Assembly (NCBI RefSeq): GCF_035317925.1
Contig: NZ_DATHFV010000127.1
Span: 8,412 to 72,411 of the forward strand
Source of the DNA: Sphingomonas sp.
GTDB taxonomy: Bacteria; Pseudomonadota; Alphaproteobacteria; Sphingomonadales; Sphingomonadaceae
DNA length: 64,000 nt
Reading direction: 5' to 3'
How positions within the stretch are numbered: position 1 is the first letter of the stretch; each line of letters starts with the position of its first letter. Positions 18,799 to 28,799 of this stretch are shown in pieces. Below the pieces are notes generated by a model. The model had not been told where the DNA came from. It was given only the letters and a program-made list of their open reading frames with translations, and ran no database searches. A program made the position numbers and the translations under genes.

Positions 18799-20181
18799 TC
18801 AGCCCTGATCCTCATAGGCGAATTGGAGGATGCCCCAGTGGCGGCCGCGCACGTGGATCGACGCGATCACCTGCTTGAGTAGAACCACGCCGCCACCCGC
18901 GACCTGGCGGCGATAGGCCTTGATGCAGAAGGGTTCCGAAATCAGGCACTGCTCGCGCGTGTCGGGGAAATCGAAGATCATGCCCTGGCGCGCATGCTCC
19001 AGATTCCAGTCGTCCTGGCCCGGCCGCTGCGGCTGCGCGCGCTCGGGCATGGCGACCGCGCCGAACGCGTTGCGATCGGTGAAGGTCATGCCGAAGAAGC
19101 CCTTATAGGATCGCGCGGTTTCCTGATGCGGGCGCGCGGCGGCGACGATCAAAGCCTGCGCCGGATGCGTGTAGAGCGGCGGGCTGCTGCCGGGGATCTG
19201 GGCGTAGCGCGCGCTGAACAGATCGGCTTCGTTCAGCGCGCCGTGCGCGATCGCCTCTTCCAGCTTGTCCGACACGTCCTGCGCGGCGGCAAGGCCGAAG
19301 CGGATATAGGGCGTATCCGGAATCTCGGTGCCGCTCTCCGCGAAATATTGGAGCAGTTCGTTGGTGTCGTTGCTCACGCCGGTGACGCGATCGGACAGGC
19401 GCTGCAGGCCGGTCGCATTGTCGGCCGAGGTCGCGCTCAGCGCGCCCAGACCGGCATGAACGTTGTCGACCGAGGCGACCATCGATCCGATCCGGTCGGC
19501 GACCGAATCGCTGATGTCGGACAGACCGCGCATCAGCGAGCCGAGCCGTTCCACCAGCGTCTCGATATCCTGTGCGCCCTGGTGCGCCGAACGCGCCTTG
19601 GCCGTGCCGTCGTTGATCCGATGAAGCATGCGGTCGGCCTCGCCGGTCAGCGCGACGATCGAGGTCTCGATCGTCTGCGTGGCCTGCGCGGTTTCCTGCG
19701 CGAGTTTCTTGACCTCGCTCGCGACCACGGTGAAGCCGCGCCCGGCATCGCCCGCGCGGGCCGCTTCGATCGTGGCGTTGAGCGCGAGCAAATTGGTCTG
19801 GCTGGCGATATCGCGGATCGCACCGGTGACGCGCCCGACAGTGGCGAGCGCGTTGGTGAACGCCTCGAGGCCGGCATGGATGTGCGTGACCTGGTCGATC
19901 AGCTCGAGCACGTTGGCGGTCGCGCCCGACAGGCGGCGGTTGGAATCGTCGATCACGCTGCGCGCGGCGGTCGCGTTTTCGCGCGCCTCCTGCGCTGCCT
20001 CGGCGACGTTCTGGCCGTTGTCGGACAGGCGGTCGGCCTCGCCCCGAATCGTCGCGATGGTCGATGCCTGTTCGGTGACGCGCGTCGCCAGTTCGGCGAT
20101 GTCGGCCTGCAGATCGAGCGTGCGAATGCCGAGCTCGCCCGACATCTTCGCGGCTTTCATGATGGTCTGATTACTGGACAT
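18799..20181 (-). CDS. Soluble methyl-accepting chemotaxis protein with a C-terminal sensor domain
   Basis: [37 protein letters not shown]; no hydrophobic TM segment seen. Confidence 0.92.
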   Translation of the reverse strand: MSSNQTIMKAAKMSGELGIRTLDLQADIAELATRVTEQASTIATIRGEADRLSDNGQNVAEAAQEARENATAARSVIDDSNRRLSGATANVLELIDQVTHIHAGLEAFTNALATVGRVTGAIRDIASQTNLLALNATIEAARAGDAGRGFTVVASEVKKLAQETAQATQTIETSIVALTGEADRMLHRINDGTAKARSAHQGAQDIETLVERLGSLMRGLSDISDSVADRIGSMVASVDNVHAGLGALSATSADNATGLQRLSDRVTGVSNDTNELLQYFAESGTEIPDTPYIRFGLAAAQDVSDKLEEAIAHGALNEADLFSARYAQIPGSSPPLYTHPAQALIVAAARPHQETARSYKGFFGMTFTDRNAFGAVAMPERAQPQRPGQDDWNLEHARQGMIFDFPDTREQCLISEPFCIKAYRRQVAGGGVVLLKQVIASIHVRGRHWGILQFAYEDQG

Positions 20182-20230
20182 GGATGGTCCTGGGGGAATG
20201 CCTCTTTGGGGCAAGTCATAGTCCGGGTTC

Positions 20231-20246
20231 GTTAACAGGCGTTTAG
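20231..20246 (-). promoter_or_regulatory. CtrA-like box upstream of the MCP gene
   Basis: Minus strand CTAA-N7-TTAAC, one mismatch to TTAA-N7-TTAAC; chemotaxis genes are typical CtrA targets. Confidence 0.5.
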
Positions 20247-20283
20247 CAACGGTCGGCACGGCCGCTTCGCGTAACAATTTCGC

Positions 20284-20323
20284 GCGTCACGAAACCGCAA
20301 CGTCTCCGTCACCAAAATTGCAT
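20284..20323 (+). promoter_or_regulatory. Pho box (PhoB) array
   Basis: Heptamers GCGTCAC, CCGCAAC, CCGTCAC, ATTGCAT at exact 11-bp spacing (consensus CTGTCAT-N4), upstream of TBDR-glpQ. Confidence 0.6.
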
Positions 20324-20375
20324 CGAGCCTCGGCTAGGCCCCGTTTTTCTTGCACCGCAGCAAACCGGGGACATC

Positions 20376-22958
20376 ATGGGCCGCACTCACGTTTCGCTTC
20401 TCGCCCTCACCATTGCCAGCCTCGTACCGGCTGCGGCTTATGCCGCCGATCCGGCCGACGCGGTGCCTGCCGCCAGCGTCGACGCGGCACCCGCGGTCGA
20501 TGCGGCGGACGGCGGCGGCGATGCCGATATCATCGTGACGGGTACCAAGGTGACCCGCTCGGCCACCGCCATCTCGCAGGCGGAAATCCAGAAAATCCTG
20601 CCCGGCGTCTCGCCGCTGAAGGCGATCCAGACGCTTCCTGGCGTGCTCTACATCACGTCCGACCCCTGGGGGTACAACGAGCAGAACGCGCAGATCTTCA
20701 TCCACGGCTTCAACTTCCAGCAGCTCGGCTACACGATGGACGGGGTGCCGCTGGGCGACCAGAGCTACGGTAATTATAACGGTCTCTCGCCCGAGCGCGC
20801 CGTGATCTCGGAGAATGTCGGGCGCGTGGTCGTGACCACCGGTGCCGGCGATCTCGCCACCGCGTCGAACAGCAATCTCGGCGGCACGATCGAAACCTTC
20901 TCGGCCGATCCGTCGAAGCAATTGGGCGTCACCGCAAGCGAGACGGTCGGCAGTTTCGACACCTCGCGCACCTATGTGCGGATCGACAGCGGCACGTTTG
21001 GCGGCGACAATTCGGCCTATATCTCGGGCGCGCGCCAGCATGCCCGTGCCTGGGATTTCAATGGCAAGCAGGGCGGCTGGCAGGCCAATGCCAAGTTCGT
21101 CCATGACGACAGCACCGGCAAGCTCACCCTCTTCTTCGACTATAACGACATGACCCAGCCGAATGAGGACGCCACTGTCTTCTTCAAGCCGTCCGCCGGC
21201 GGCACGGCCACCCCGGTCCAGCTTTACACGCCTTACACGAAGCCCTTCTTCTACCCGGATTTCGACGGGTACCGGAACACGTATCTGAGCGCGCTCGGCA
21301 ATTCGCCCGCCAATGTCGGCAGCAATTACCGCAATTATTATTCGGATGCGCAGCGGACCGACTATCTCGGCTATGCGCGCTACGACGCGCATCTGTCGGA
21401 TCGCATCACCTGGTCGACCACCGCTTATTTCCATCACAATGACGGCGCCGGCGTCGTCGCCGGCCCGCTCGGCCAGTCGATCACGACCGCGCAACCCTAT
21501 CTCGATCCCAACTATGCGACGCTTCCGGCCAATTGCCGTTTCGGCGGCAACGCCAACGGCATCCGCCCGGCGGCCTGCACCGCGCTGACCGATGCCCAGG
21601 CAGCAGCGGCCGGCGCCGCTTTGGTCAAGGCGACCGGCGGATCGGGCCTGATCACGCGCACCACCGAATATCGCATCAATCGCGAAGGCGTGATCTCGGC
21701 GCTCAACCTTGATCTCGGCAAGCACAAGATCGAGCTCGGCGGCTGGTACGAGCATAACAAAACGACCCAGTGGCGCCGCTGGTACGGTGTCGACGTCGCC
21801 AATCCGGCGTCGAGCACGCCCTATATCCGCCCGCTCGAGGTGGAGCCGCCCTTGTTCACCCAATATCAGGGCAATGCGAAGATCGAAGAGCTCCAGCTCC
21901 ACATCCAGGATACCTGGCAGCCGTTCGAGCAGCTCACCATCCAGGGCGGTGTAAAAACCAGCGCGCAGTGGGCGACCGGCACGTTCCCGGTACAGCCGAA
22001 GCTCGGATCGCTGTCGGGTCTCACCGGCGGCTTGCCGCAAGGCACGATCAACACGCTGCGCTGGTTCCTGCCGGCAATCGGCGCGACCTACGACTTCAAC
22101 GGGCACGAACAGGTCTATTTCAACGTCCAGAAGAACCTGCGCCAATATCAGGCCTATCTCGCCGGCGGCGGCGGCCCCTGGTTCACCGGAAGCCAGACGG
22201 CGTTCGATGCCTTCCGCGATCAGGGCAAGCCGGAGAGCAGCTGGACCTATGAAGGCGGCCTGCGCACGCATCGCAGCTTCTCGAACGACATCTCGCTCGA
22301 AGCGCAGGTCAATTATTATCACGTCGTGTTCAACAATCGCCTGCTGGCAATCTCGACCAACCCCGGCGGCATCGCCGGCAGCGGCATCACCGGCGGCACC
22401 TCGATCCTCGTCAATGTCGGCGATGTCCACACCGACGGCGTCGATGCGGCCTTCACGCTCCACTTCGGGCGCACCTTCTCGTTCTACAATGCGGTCTCCT
22501 ACAATCTGTCCAAATATCAGAGCGACTATTCGGCGGCGGCGACCGGCATCGGTGCCGCGACCGGCACCTGCATCGGCGGCCTCGTCGTCGTAGGCGGCGT
22601 CGTGCCGACCTGCGGCAAGCAGATCCCGGGCAGCCCCAAGTGGATGAACAAGTCGGTGGCGTCGCTCAATATCGGGCCGTTCGATGCGCAGCTGATCGGC
22701 GATTATGTCGGGCGGCGCTTCGCGACCTATGCCAACGACACCAGCGTAAAGTCCTATTTCCAGACGTCGCTGCGCATCGGCGCGGATCTGCCCACCGACT
22801 GGCTGCACATGCGCAAGGCCAATATCGCGCTCAACGTCACCAACCTCACCAAGGAATCGGGTTGGTCGACCATCTCGATCGGGTCGGCCACCAACAGCTA
22901 TTCGGCCTATCCGATCGCACCGCGCCAGTGGTTCCTGACCTTCTCGGTCGGCTTCTGA
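20376..22958 (+). CDS. TonB-dependent receptor
   Basis: Signal peptide, DIIVTG, plug IQTLPGV...TMDGVPL and terminal Phe. Confidence 0.93.
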   Translation: MGRTHVSLLALTIASLVPAAAYAADPADAVPAASVDAAPAVDAADGGGDADIIVTGTKVTRSATAISQAEIQKILPGVSPLKAIQTLPGVLYITSDPWGYNEQNAQIFIHGFNFQQLGYTMDGVPLGDQSYGNYNGLSPERAVISENVGRVVVTTGAGDLATASNSNLGGTIETFSADPSKQLGVTASETVGSFDTSRTYVRIDSGTFGGDNSAYISGARQHARAWDFNGKQGGWQANAKFVHDDSTGKLTLFFDYNDMTQPNEDATVFFKPSAGGTATPVQLYTPYTKPFFYPDFDGYRNTYLSALGNSPANVGSNYRNYYSDAQRTDYLGYARYDAHLSDRITWSTTAYFHHNDGAGVVAGPLGQSITTAQPYLDPNYATLPANCRFGGNANGIRPAACTALTDAQAAAAGAALVKATGGSGLITRTTEYRINREGVISALNLDLGKHKIELGGWYEHNKTTQWRRWYGVDVANPASSTPYIRPLEVEPPLFTQYQGNAKIEELQLHIQDTWQPFEQLTIQGGVKTSAQWATGTFPVQPKLGSLSGLTGGLPQGTINTLRWFLPAIGATYDFNGHEQVYFNVQKNLRQYQAYLAGGGGPWFTGSQTAFDAFRDQGKPESSWTYEGGLRTHRSFSNDISLEAQVNYYHVVFNNRLLAISTNPGGIAGSGITGGTSILVNVGDVHTDGVDAAFTLHFGRTFSFYNAVSYNLSKYQSDYSAAATGIGAATGTCIGGLVVVGGVVPTCGKQIPGSPKWMNKSVASLNIGPFDAQLIGDYVGRRFATYANDTSVKSYFQTSLRIGADLPTDWLHMRKANIALNVTNLTKESGWSTISIGSATNSYSAYPIAPRQWFLTFSVGF

Positions 22959-22959
22959 T

Positions 22960-24066
22960 ATGGCGTCTTTCAGCCGCAGGGAGGCGGTGCAGATCATGGG
23001 CGCGGCGGCGATTGCGGCGGGCGCCGGTGGCGCTCTCGCGGCGCCGCCCGCGCGCAAGGTGGAGGTGTTCGGGCATCGCGGCGCTTCCGCGCTGCGGCCC
23101 GAGCACACGCTTGCCTCCTATGCCAAGGCGATCGCGGACGGGGCCGACTATATCGAACCCGATCTGTGCGTGACCAGGGACGGCGTGCTGGTCGCCCGCC
23201 ACGAGAACAACATCGTCCAGACGACCGACGTCGCGAAGCGTCCGGAATTTGCGTCGCGCAAGACGGTGAAGATGGTCGACGGCGAGCGCCAGGAGGGCTG
23301 GTTCACCGAGGATTTCACGCTCGCCGAACTGAAGACCTTGCGCGCGATCGAGCGGCTGCCCCAGCTGCGCCCGCAAAATGCGGCGATGGACGGCCAGTTC
23401 GACGTGCCGACCTGGGAAGAGATTATCGATTTCACCGCCGCCGAATCCGCCGAACGCGGCCGCGCGGTCGGCCTCGTGCCCGAGATCAAGCATTCGACCT
23501 ATTTCGCCAGCGTTGGCCTGCCGCCGGAGGACCGTTTCCTCGCGATCTTGGCGGCGCATGACTATACGCGCCGCTGCCCGCTTGAAATCCAGTCGTTCGA
23601 GATCGCCAACCTCAAATATCTGCGCTCGAAATTGGGGCGTCAGCCGCACATCCGCCTGATGCAATTGGTTGAGCCCGACGCGGGCAAACCCGCCGACGTG
23701 GTCAAGGCCGGCAGCGGCCCCAGCTATGCCGAAATGGTGACGCCCGCCGGCCTCGCTGACGTCGCACGTTATGCCGATGTGATCGCCCCGCCGACCCGCG
23801 CGATCATTCCACTCGGGCCCGACAAGAATCTCGCCGCGCCAACCAGTTTGGTCGCGGATGCGCACAAGGCCGGTCTGCTCGTCCACATCTGGACCTTCCG
23901 CCCGGAAAACTACTTCCTTGCCGCCGATTTCCAGGATGCAAACGGCCCGGCCGCACGCAACGAAGCCGGCTCGATCGCGGAGATACAGGCCTATATCCGC
24001 ACCGGAATCGACGGCTTCTTCAGCGACGATCCGGGGTTGGGGAAGAGGGCGCTGGCTACACTCTAA
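22960..24066 (+). CDS. glpQ: Glycerophosphodiester phosphodiesterase, Tat-exported
   Basis: SRREAV Tat motif, GHRGASALRPEHTL, YIEPDL, VARHE and DGFFSDDP. Confidence 0.92.
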   Translation: MASFSRREAVQIMGAAAIAAGAGGALAAPPARKVEVFGHRGASALRPEHTLASYAKAIADGADYIEPDLCVTRDGVLVARHENNIVQTTDVAKRPEFASRKTVKMVDGERQEGWFTEDFTLAELKTLRAIERLPQLRPQNAAMDGQFDVPTWEEIIDFTAAESAERGRAVGLVPEIKHSTYFASVGLPPEDRFLAILAAHDYTRRCPLEIQSFEIANLKYLRSKLGRQPHIRLMQLVEPDAGKPADVVKAGSGPSYAEMVTPAGLADVARYADVIAPPTRAIIPLGPDKNLAAPTSLVADAHKAGLLVHIWTFRPENYFLAADFQDANGPAARNEAGSIAEIQAYIRTGIDGFFSDDPGLGKRALATL

Positions 24067-24073
24067 CCCAACT

Positions 24074-24155
24074 CGTCACCCCGGACTTGTTCCGGCATCC
24101 ACCGGGAGGCTGCGCCTCGCCGCTGGGTGGACCCCGGAACAAGTCCGGGGTGACG
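24074..24155. repeat. CGTC-tagged REP/MITE-like palindromic element, gene-less copy 1
   Basis: 30-bp inverted arms CGTCACCCCGGACTTGTTCCGG(CA/GG)TCCACC around a 22-bp spacer. Confidence 0.9.
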
Positions 24156-24156
24156 G

Positions 24157-24819
24157 CTAATCGGGGAAGGCCAGCCGCTCACCCATCAGCCGCGCACCAC
24201 TGCGGAGCCCACGAAACCCCGCCGCGAATTGCGCCATCGTCTGCGTCACATCGCGCATCTGCGCCGGATCATCGGCCAGCGACTTCCGCATCCGTGTCCG
24301 ATCGAAACCGCCATCAGGCCGCATCGACACCGTGATGGCATGCGGCAGCAGATGATCGACTTCGTCCGAGATGATCCGCACGATCGCGAACGGCAGGCCG
24401 TGCGCCAAAGCGACACGCGCCGCGACATGGCTTTCCATATCGACCGCGAGCGCATCGTGATTAAGCCCAAGCGCGCGCTTCTCGGCGATGGTGTCGATCA
24501 TCCGCCCGTCGGCGAAGAAGGCGCCGATCCGTGCACCGGGCAGGCGGCTCGCCAGCGCATCGCGCCAACCGGGGTGACACTCATGGTCGATCGCGCCGGC
24601 GAGACGGCTGCCGACCACCCAGTCGCCGATCCTGAGCCCATCGGCGAGACCGCCGGTCAGGCCGTAACTGACGATGCCTGAGGCGCCATTCGACGCCGCC
24701 TGATGCAACCTCGCTTCCAGCCGTTCGGCAACGCCGCCGCCGGCGATGGCCACCACGCCCGGCCCTTCGATCGTACGGACTTCGCGCGTGAAGCCCGTCG
24801 CGACGATGACCGGCTTCAC
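24157..24819 (-). CDS. Nucleoside phosphorylase-fold protein, HpnG-like
   Basis: VIVATGFTREVR, IVSYGLTGGL, AVDMESHVAA and FAIVRIISD; GTG overlaps the upstream TGA. Confidence 0.75.
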   Translation of the reverse strand: MKPVIVATGFTREVRTIEGPGVVAIAGGGVAERLEARLHQAASNGASGIVSYGLTGGLADGLRIGDWVVGSRLAGAIDHECHPGWRDALASRLPGARIGAFFADGRMIDTIAEKRALGLNHDALAVDMESHVAARVALAHGLPFAIVRIISDEVDHLLPHAITVSMRPDGGFDRTRMRKSLADDPAQMRDVTQTMAQFAAGFRGLRSGARLMGERLAFPD

Positions 24820-25565
24820 GGCTTGAGGCAGGCGATCAGGCCGGTGACGACCGATTTGGTCTCGGCGACATCGCGCACGCGCACCGTGTCGAGCCCGAGC
24901 GTCTTCGCCGGATAATCGTTGCCGCCGGGAAAGATCGCGTCGCCGAGGAAGAGGATGTCGTCGAGTGCGACCCCCATCGTTTCGCTCAGATGCTTGAGCC
25001 CATAGGCCTTGTCGACGCCCTTGCGCGTGATGTCGATCGAGGTCGATCCGCCGATATTGATCGACAGATCGGGCAGCATCCCCTGCAGGATCGCCTGCAG
25101 TTTCTTGCGCTTCTCGTGGTCCGGATCCCATGTATCCTTCGCCTCAAGCGGCGCCTGCTGGCCGAGCGCGGAGAAGGTCACCTGGCTGCCGCGATCCTCG
25201 ATCTGCTCGCCCCAGGTCTTCTCGCCGGCATAGCCCGCCTGCTCGACCGCGGTCTTGAGCGCGGTGCGGATCTTCTCGCTCTCTTCCGCCGTGAACAGAT
25301 CGGCATAAAGCTGGTGCCAGGCTCCGTCCTGATGGCGGTAGAGCTTGGTGCCGGTGGTCGGCTGGATGATGAAATTGTCGAGCTTGGCATAGCCCGGCAT
25401 GCGGCTGACGACCTGCTTCTGGAATTGCGGCCAGTCCCCGCCCGAAATGATGTCGACCAGCGCGACATTGGTGAGTTTGGCGAGCAGATCGGCCATCTCG
25501 TCGTCAAGCGGCTGCTTGCTCAAGGCGAGCGTGCCGTCGAGATCGAACGCGATCAGCTTTTTCAT
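24816..25565 (-). CDS. HAD-IIB hydrolase, eukaryotic-type phosphomannomutase-like
   Basis: FDLDGTL, IEDRGSQVTFS, IGGSTSIDI, DKAYGL and FLGDAIFPGGNDY. Confidence 0.85.
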   Translation of the reverse strand: MKKLIAFDLDGTLALSKQPLDDEMADLLAKLTNVALVDIISGGDWPQFQKQVVSRMPGYAKLDNFIIQPTTGTKLYRHQDGAWHQLYADLFTAEESEKIRTALKTAVEQAGYAGEKTWGEQIEDRGSQVTFSALGQQAPLEAKDTWDPDHEKRKKLQAILQGMLPDLSINIGGSTSIDITRKGVDKAYGLKHLSETMGVALDDILFLGDAIFPGGNDYPAKTLGLDTVRVRDVAETKSVVTGLIACLKP

Positions 25566-26395
25566 GCCCTATCCTTCACCATCGGCAGCAGGATCGTGTC
25601 GATCGCATGCGCCACGCCATCTTCGTCATTGCTCGTCGAAATGTAAGCCGCTTTCGCCTTCACCGCGTCGGGTGCCTGGCCCATCGCGATCGAAATGCCC
25701 GCGCGCCCGAACATCGGCACGTCGTTGAACTGATCGCCCAGCACCGCGACCTCCTTCAGGTCGATGCCCGCGATCCGTGCCAGCGTCGCCACGCCGTCGC
25801 CCTTGTTGGCGGTTGGATGGGTGAGATCGAGATAATAAGTCTGCGACATGCCGATCGTGGCGTCGCCGCCGATCGCCGCGCGCATCTGGTCCTGCAGATC
25901 GTGGAGCAACGCCGGATCGTCGCTGACCCAGGTGAGCTTGTCGACCTCGCCGAACAAGTGAGTCATGTCGGTCTCGACCGCCGGCTGCTGACCCGAAGCC
26001 AGCACTTCGTGCGGCACGTGCGGATTGGCCGGATCGACGATATGCCAGCGCCCCTCGGCGAAGATCCACGGCGTCGCGGCGGATTGGCCGGCGATGGCGA
26101 AGCTCGTCTCGACCACTTTTTTGTCGAGCGCGTGGCGTTCGAGGATCGACCCGTCGGGCGCGATGATCGTGCCGCCGTTGAACGCCGCGATCGGCCCGGT
26201 CGGTTTCAGGGCCTCGACCAGGAAGGCTATGCCCGACGGCGGCCGCGCGCTGATGATCGTGAAAGGCACGCCTTTCGCCTGCAGCCGCGCGACCGCGTCG
26301 ATCGTCGGCGGGGTCAGCTTCTTGGCGGTATTGACGAGCGTCCCGTCGACGTCGCTGATCACGAAGCGCAAAGTCATGCGCCGATCTCGTGCCAT
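25562..26395 (-). CDS. Cof-type HAD-IIB hydrolase
   Basis: SDVDGTL, ISARP, NKGDG and GDQFNDVPM. Confidence 0.9.
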   Translation of the reverse strand: MARDRRMTLRFVISDVDGTLVNTAKKLTPPTIDAVARLQAKGVPFTIISARPPSGIAFLVEALKPTGPIAAFNGGTIIAPDGSILERHALDKKVVETSFAIAGQSAATPWIFAEGRWHIVDPANPHVPHEVLASGQQPAVETDMTHLFGEVDKLTWVSDDPALLHDLQDQMRAAIGGDATIGMSQTYYLDLTHPTANKGDGVATLARIAGIDLKEVAVLGDQFNDVPMFGRAGISIAMGQAPDAVKAKAAYISTSNDEDGVAHAIDTILLPMVKDRA

Positions 26396-27807
26396 TGGCG
26401 GCCGTCGCGTTCGAGCAATTCCGCCGCGCCCTCCGGCCCGTCCGAACCCTTCTTGTAGGTCTCGACCTTGCCTTTGCCCTTGCCCCAGACGTCGAGGAAA
26501 GGCTGGACCGCGGCCCAGCCCGCCTCGATCTGGTCGGCGCGCTGGAACAAGGTTTGATCCCCCATCATCATGTCGTAGAGCAATGTCTCATAGCCGGTGC
26601 GCCCGCCGATCTTGAACTTGTCGGCATATTTGAAATCGAGCGTGACCGGGGTGGCCTGCATCTTCGGCCCCGGTTTCTTGACCATGAAATCCAGGTCGAT
26701 CGCCTCGTCGGGCTGCAATTGCAGTACCAGTCGGTTGGGCGGCATGTGGGCGACCGGCGTGTCGCGGAACAAGGCCAGCGGCACCGGCTTGAACGTGACC
26801 ACGATCTCGGTATCGCGCGCCTTCAGCGCCTTGCCCGTGCGCAGGTAGAAAGGCACGCCCGCCCAGCGCCAGCTGTCGACCCATAATTTGAGCGCGACAT
26901 AGGTTTCGACCTCGCTCTTGGGGCTGACGTCGGCGGTTTTTCGATAGCCCGCATATTGGCCGCGCACGCCGTCCGCCTTGGCCTCTGCCGGCGTCGGCTC
27001 GCGCACCGCGACCAGCACCTTGGCTTTCTCGGTGCGGATGGAATCGGCGGACAGATCGTTGGGCGGCTCCATTCCCACCATCGCCAGCAGCTGGAACAGA
27101 TGATTGGGCACCATGTCGCGAAGCGCGCCGGTCGCGTCGTAGAAGGCGCCGCGCGTGCCGACATCGACCGTCTCGGCCGCCGTGATCTGGACGCTGTCGA
27201 TATAGCGGTTGTTCCACACCGCCTCGAGCCAGGGATTGGCGAACCGCGCGACCATGATGTTCTGGACCGTTTCCTTCCCCAGGAAATGGTCGATCCGGTA
27301 GATTTGCTGTTCGCTGATGACGTTGAGAATCTGTTCGTTGAGCGCGTGCGCGGACGCGAGGTCGTGGCCGAACGGCTTTTCGACCGCGACGCGGCGGAAC
27401 GCGCCGTTCTGCTCCTCCATCAGCCCGGCCTTGGCGAGGCTCTCGATGATCGGGCCGAAGAATAAAGCGGGGGTGGCGAGGTAGAAGACGACATTGCCCG
27501 CCTTGCCGAGCGTCTTCGTCAGATCTTCGAACAATTGCGCCTGGGTGAAATCGCCCCGGAGGTAGGAGATTTGCCCGCGCAGGCGCGACCAGCATTCGTC
27601 CTTGGGCGTGAATTCGTCGAGGCCCGCGCGCAGATCCTCGTCGGTTCCCTCGCGCGATCCGATGCCGATGATCTGCAGGTCCTCGCCGACCAGTCCGTCC
27701 TCGCACAAATTGGCGATCGCGGGCACCAGCAGCCGCCGCGCGAGATCACCGGTGCCGCCGAAAATGACCAAGGTGGCCGGCGGCGCCTTTTTGAGCGCCA
27801 CGGCCAT
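26374..27807 (-). CDS. zwf: Glucose-6-phosphate 1-dehydrogenase
   Basis: FGGTGDLARR, EKPFGHD, RIDHFLGKE and RDMVPNHL; start overlaps the gnd stop. Confidence 0.96.
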   Translation of the reverse strand: MAVALKKAPPATLVIFGGTGDLARRLLVPAIANLCEDGLVGEDLQIIGIGSREGTDEDLRAGLDEFTPKDECWSRLRGQISYLRGDFTQAQLFEDLTKTLGKAGNVVFYLATPALFFGPIIESLAKAGLMEEQNGAFRRVAVEKPFGHDLASAHALNEQILNVISEQQIYRIDHFLGKETVQNIMVARFANPWLEAVWNNRYIDSVQITAAETVDVGTRGAFYDATGALRDMVPNHLFQLLAMVGMEPPNDLSADSIRTEKAKVLVAVREPTPAEAKADGVRGQYAGYRKTADVSPKSEVETYVALKLWVDSWRWAGVPFYLRTGKALKARDTEIVVTFKPVPLALFRDTPVAHMPPNRLVLQLQPDEAIDLDFMVKKPGPKMQATPVTLDFKYADKFKIGGRTGYETLLYDMMMGDQTLFQRADQIEAGWAAVQPFLDVWGKGKGKVETYKKGSDGPEGAAELLERDGRQWHEIGA

Positions 27808-28784
27808 TACTGGGGAATCTCGACGTGGCCGCCGAAGCCGAAGCGCATCGCCGACAATATCTTGTCGCCGAACGTATGCTCGATCCGGCTGCGATAGCGC
27901 GCGAACAAGGCGGCGGTGAGCACGTTGGCGGGCACCGCCTCCTCCATCGCCGCCTGGATCGTCCAATGGCCCTCGCCCGAATCCGCGACGTTGCCCGAAA
28001 ATTGCTCGAGCATCGGATCCTTGGCGAGCGCGATCGCGGTCAGGTCGAGCAGCCACGACGAGACCACCGATCCGCGCCGCCAGACCTCCGCGATATCCTT
28101 GATGTTGAGGTCGAAGCGCTCGTCCTCGGGAAGCTTCTCCGACTTCTTGGTCTTGAGGATGTCGAAGCCCTCGGCATAGGCCTGCATCAGGCCGTATTCG
28201 ATGCCGTTATGGACCATCTTGACGAAGTGGCCCGCGCCCGCCGGACCGGCGTGGATATAGCCCTTCTCCGCGCGCAGATCCTCCTGGGCCAGCCCGGGCG
28301 TACGCGGGATCGTGCCCATGCCCGGCGCGAGCGCGTCGAAGATCGGATCGAGATGCGTGACGACATCGTCCGGTCCGCCGATCATCATGCAATAGCCGCG
28401 CTCCAGACCCCACACGCCGCCCGACGTGCCGACGTCGACATAGTGGATGCCGCTTTCGCGCAGATGCTTCGCGCGGCGGATATCGTCCTTGTAGAAGGTG
28501 TTGCCGCCGTCGATGATGATGTCGCCCGGCTCGCAGATCTTCGCCAGCTCGGCGATCGTGCTTTCGGTCGGGTCGCCCGCCGGCAGCATCACCCAGAAGA
28601 TCGCCGGCTTTTCGAGCTTGGCCTTGATATCGGCCAGGCTGGTGGCGCCGACTGCACCTTCGCCGGCCAGCTTGCCGACCGCCGCCTGGTCGCGGTCATA
28701 GACCACGCCTTCATGGCCCTTCTGCATCAGCCGGCGGATGATATTGCCACCCATCCGGCCGAGGCCGATCATCGCGATGCGCAT
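27807..28784 (-). CDS. gnd: 6-phosphogluconate dehydrogenase, short-chain type
   Basis: [37 protein letters not shown] and RFGFGGH. Confidence 0.95.
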   Translation of the reverse strand: MRIAMIGLGRMGGNIIRRLMQKGHEGVVYDRDQAAVGKLAGEGAVGATSLADIKAKLEKPAIFWVMLPAGDPTESTIAELAKICEPGDIIIDGGNTFYKDDIRRAKHLRESGIHYVDVGTSGGVWGLERGYCMMIGGPDDVVTHLDPIFDALAPGMGTIPRTPGLAQEDLRAEKGYIHAGPAGAGHFVKMVHNGIEYGLMQAYAEGFDILKTKKSEKLPEDERFDLNIKDIAEVWRRGSVVSSWLLDLTAIALAKDPMLEQFSGNVADSGEGHWTIQAAMEEAVPANVLTAALFARYRSRIEHTFGDKILSAMRFGFGGHVEIPQ

Positions 28785-28799
28785 GTTGCTAGCTCCCGC

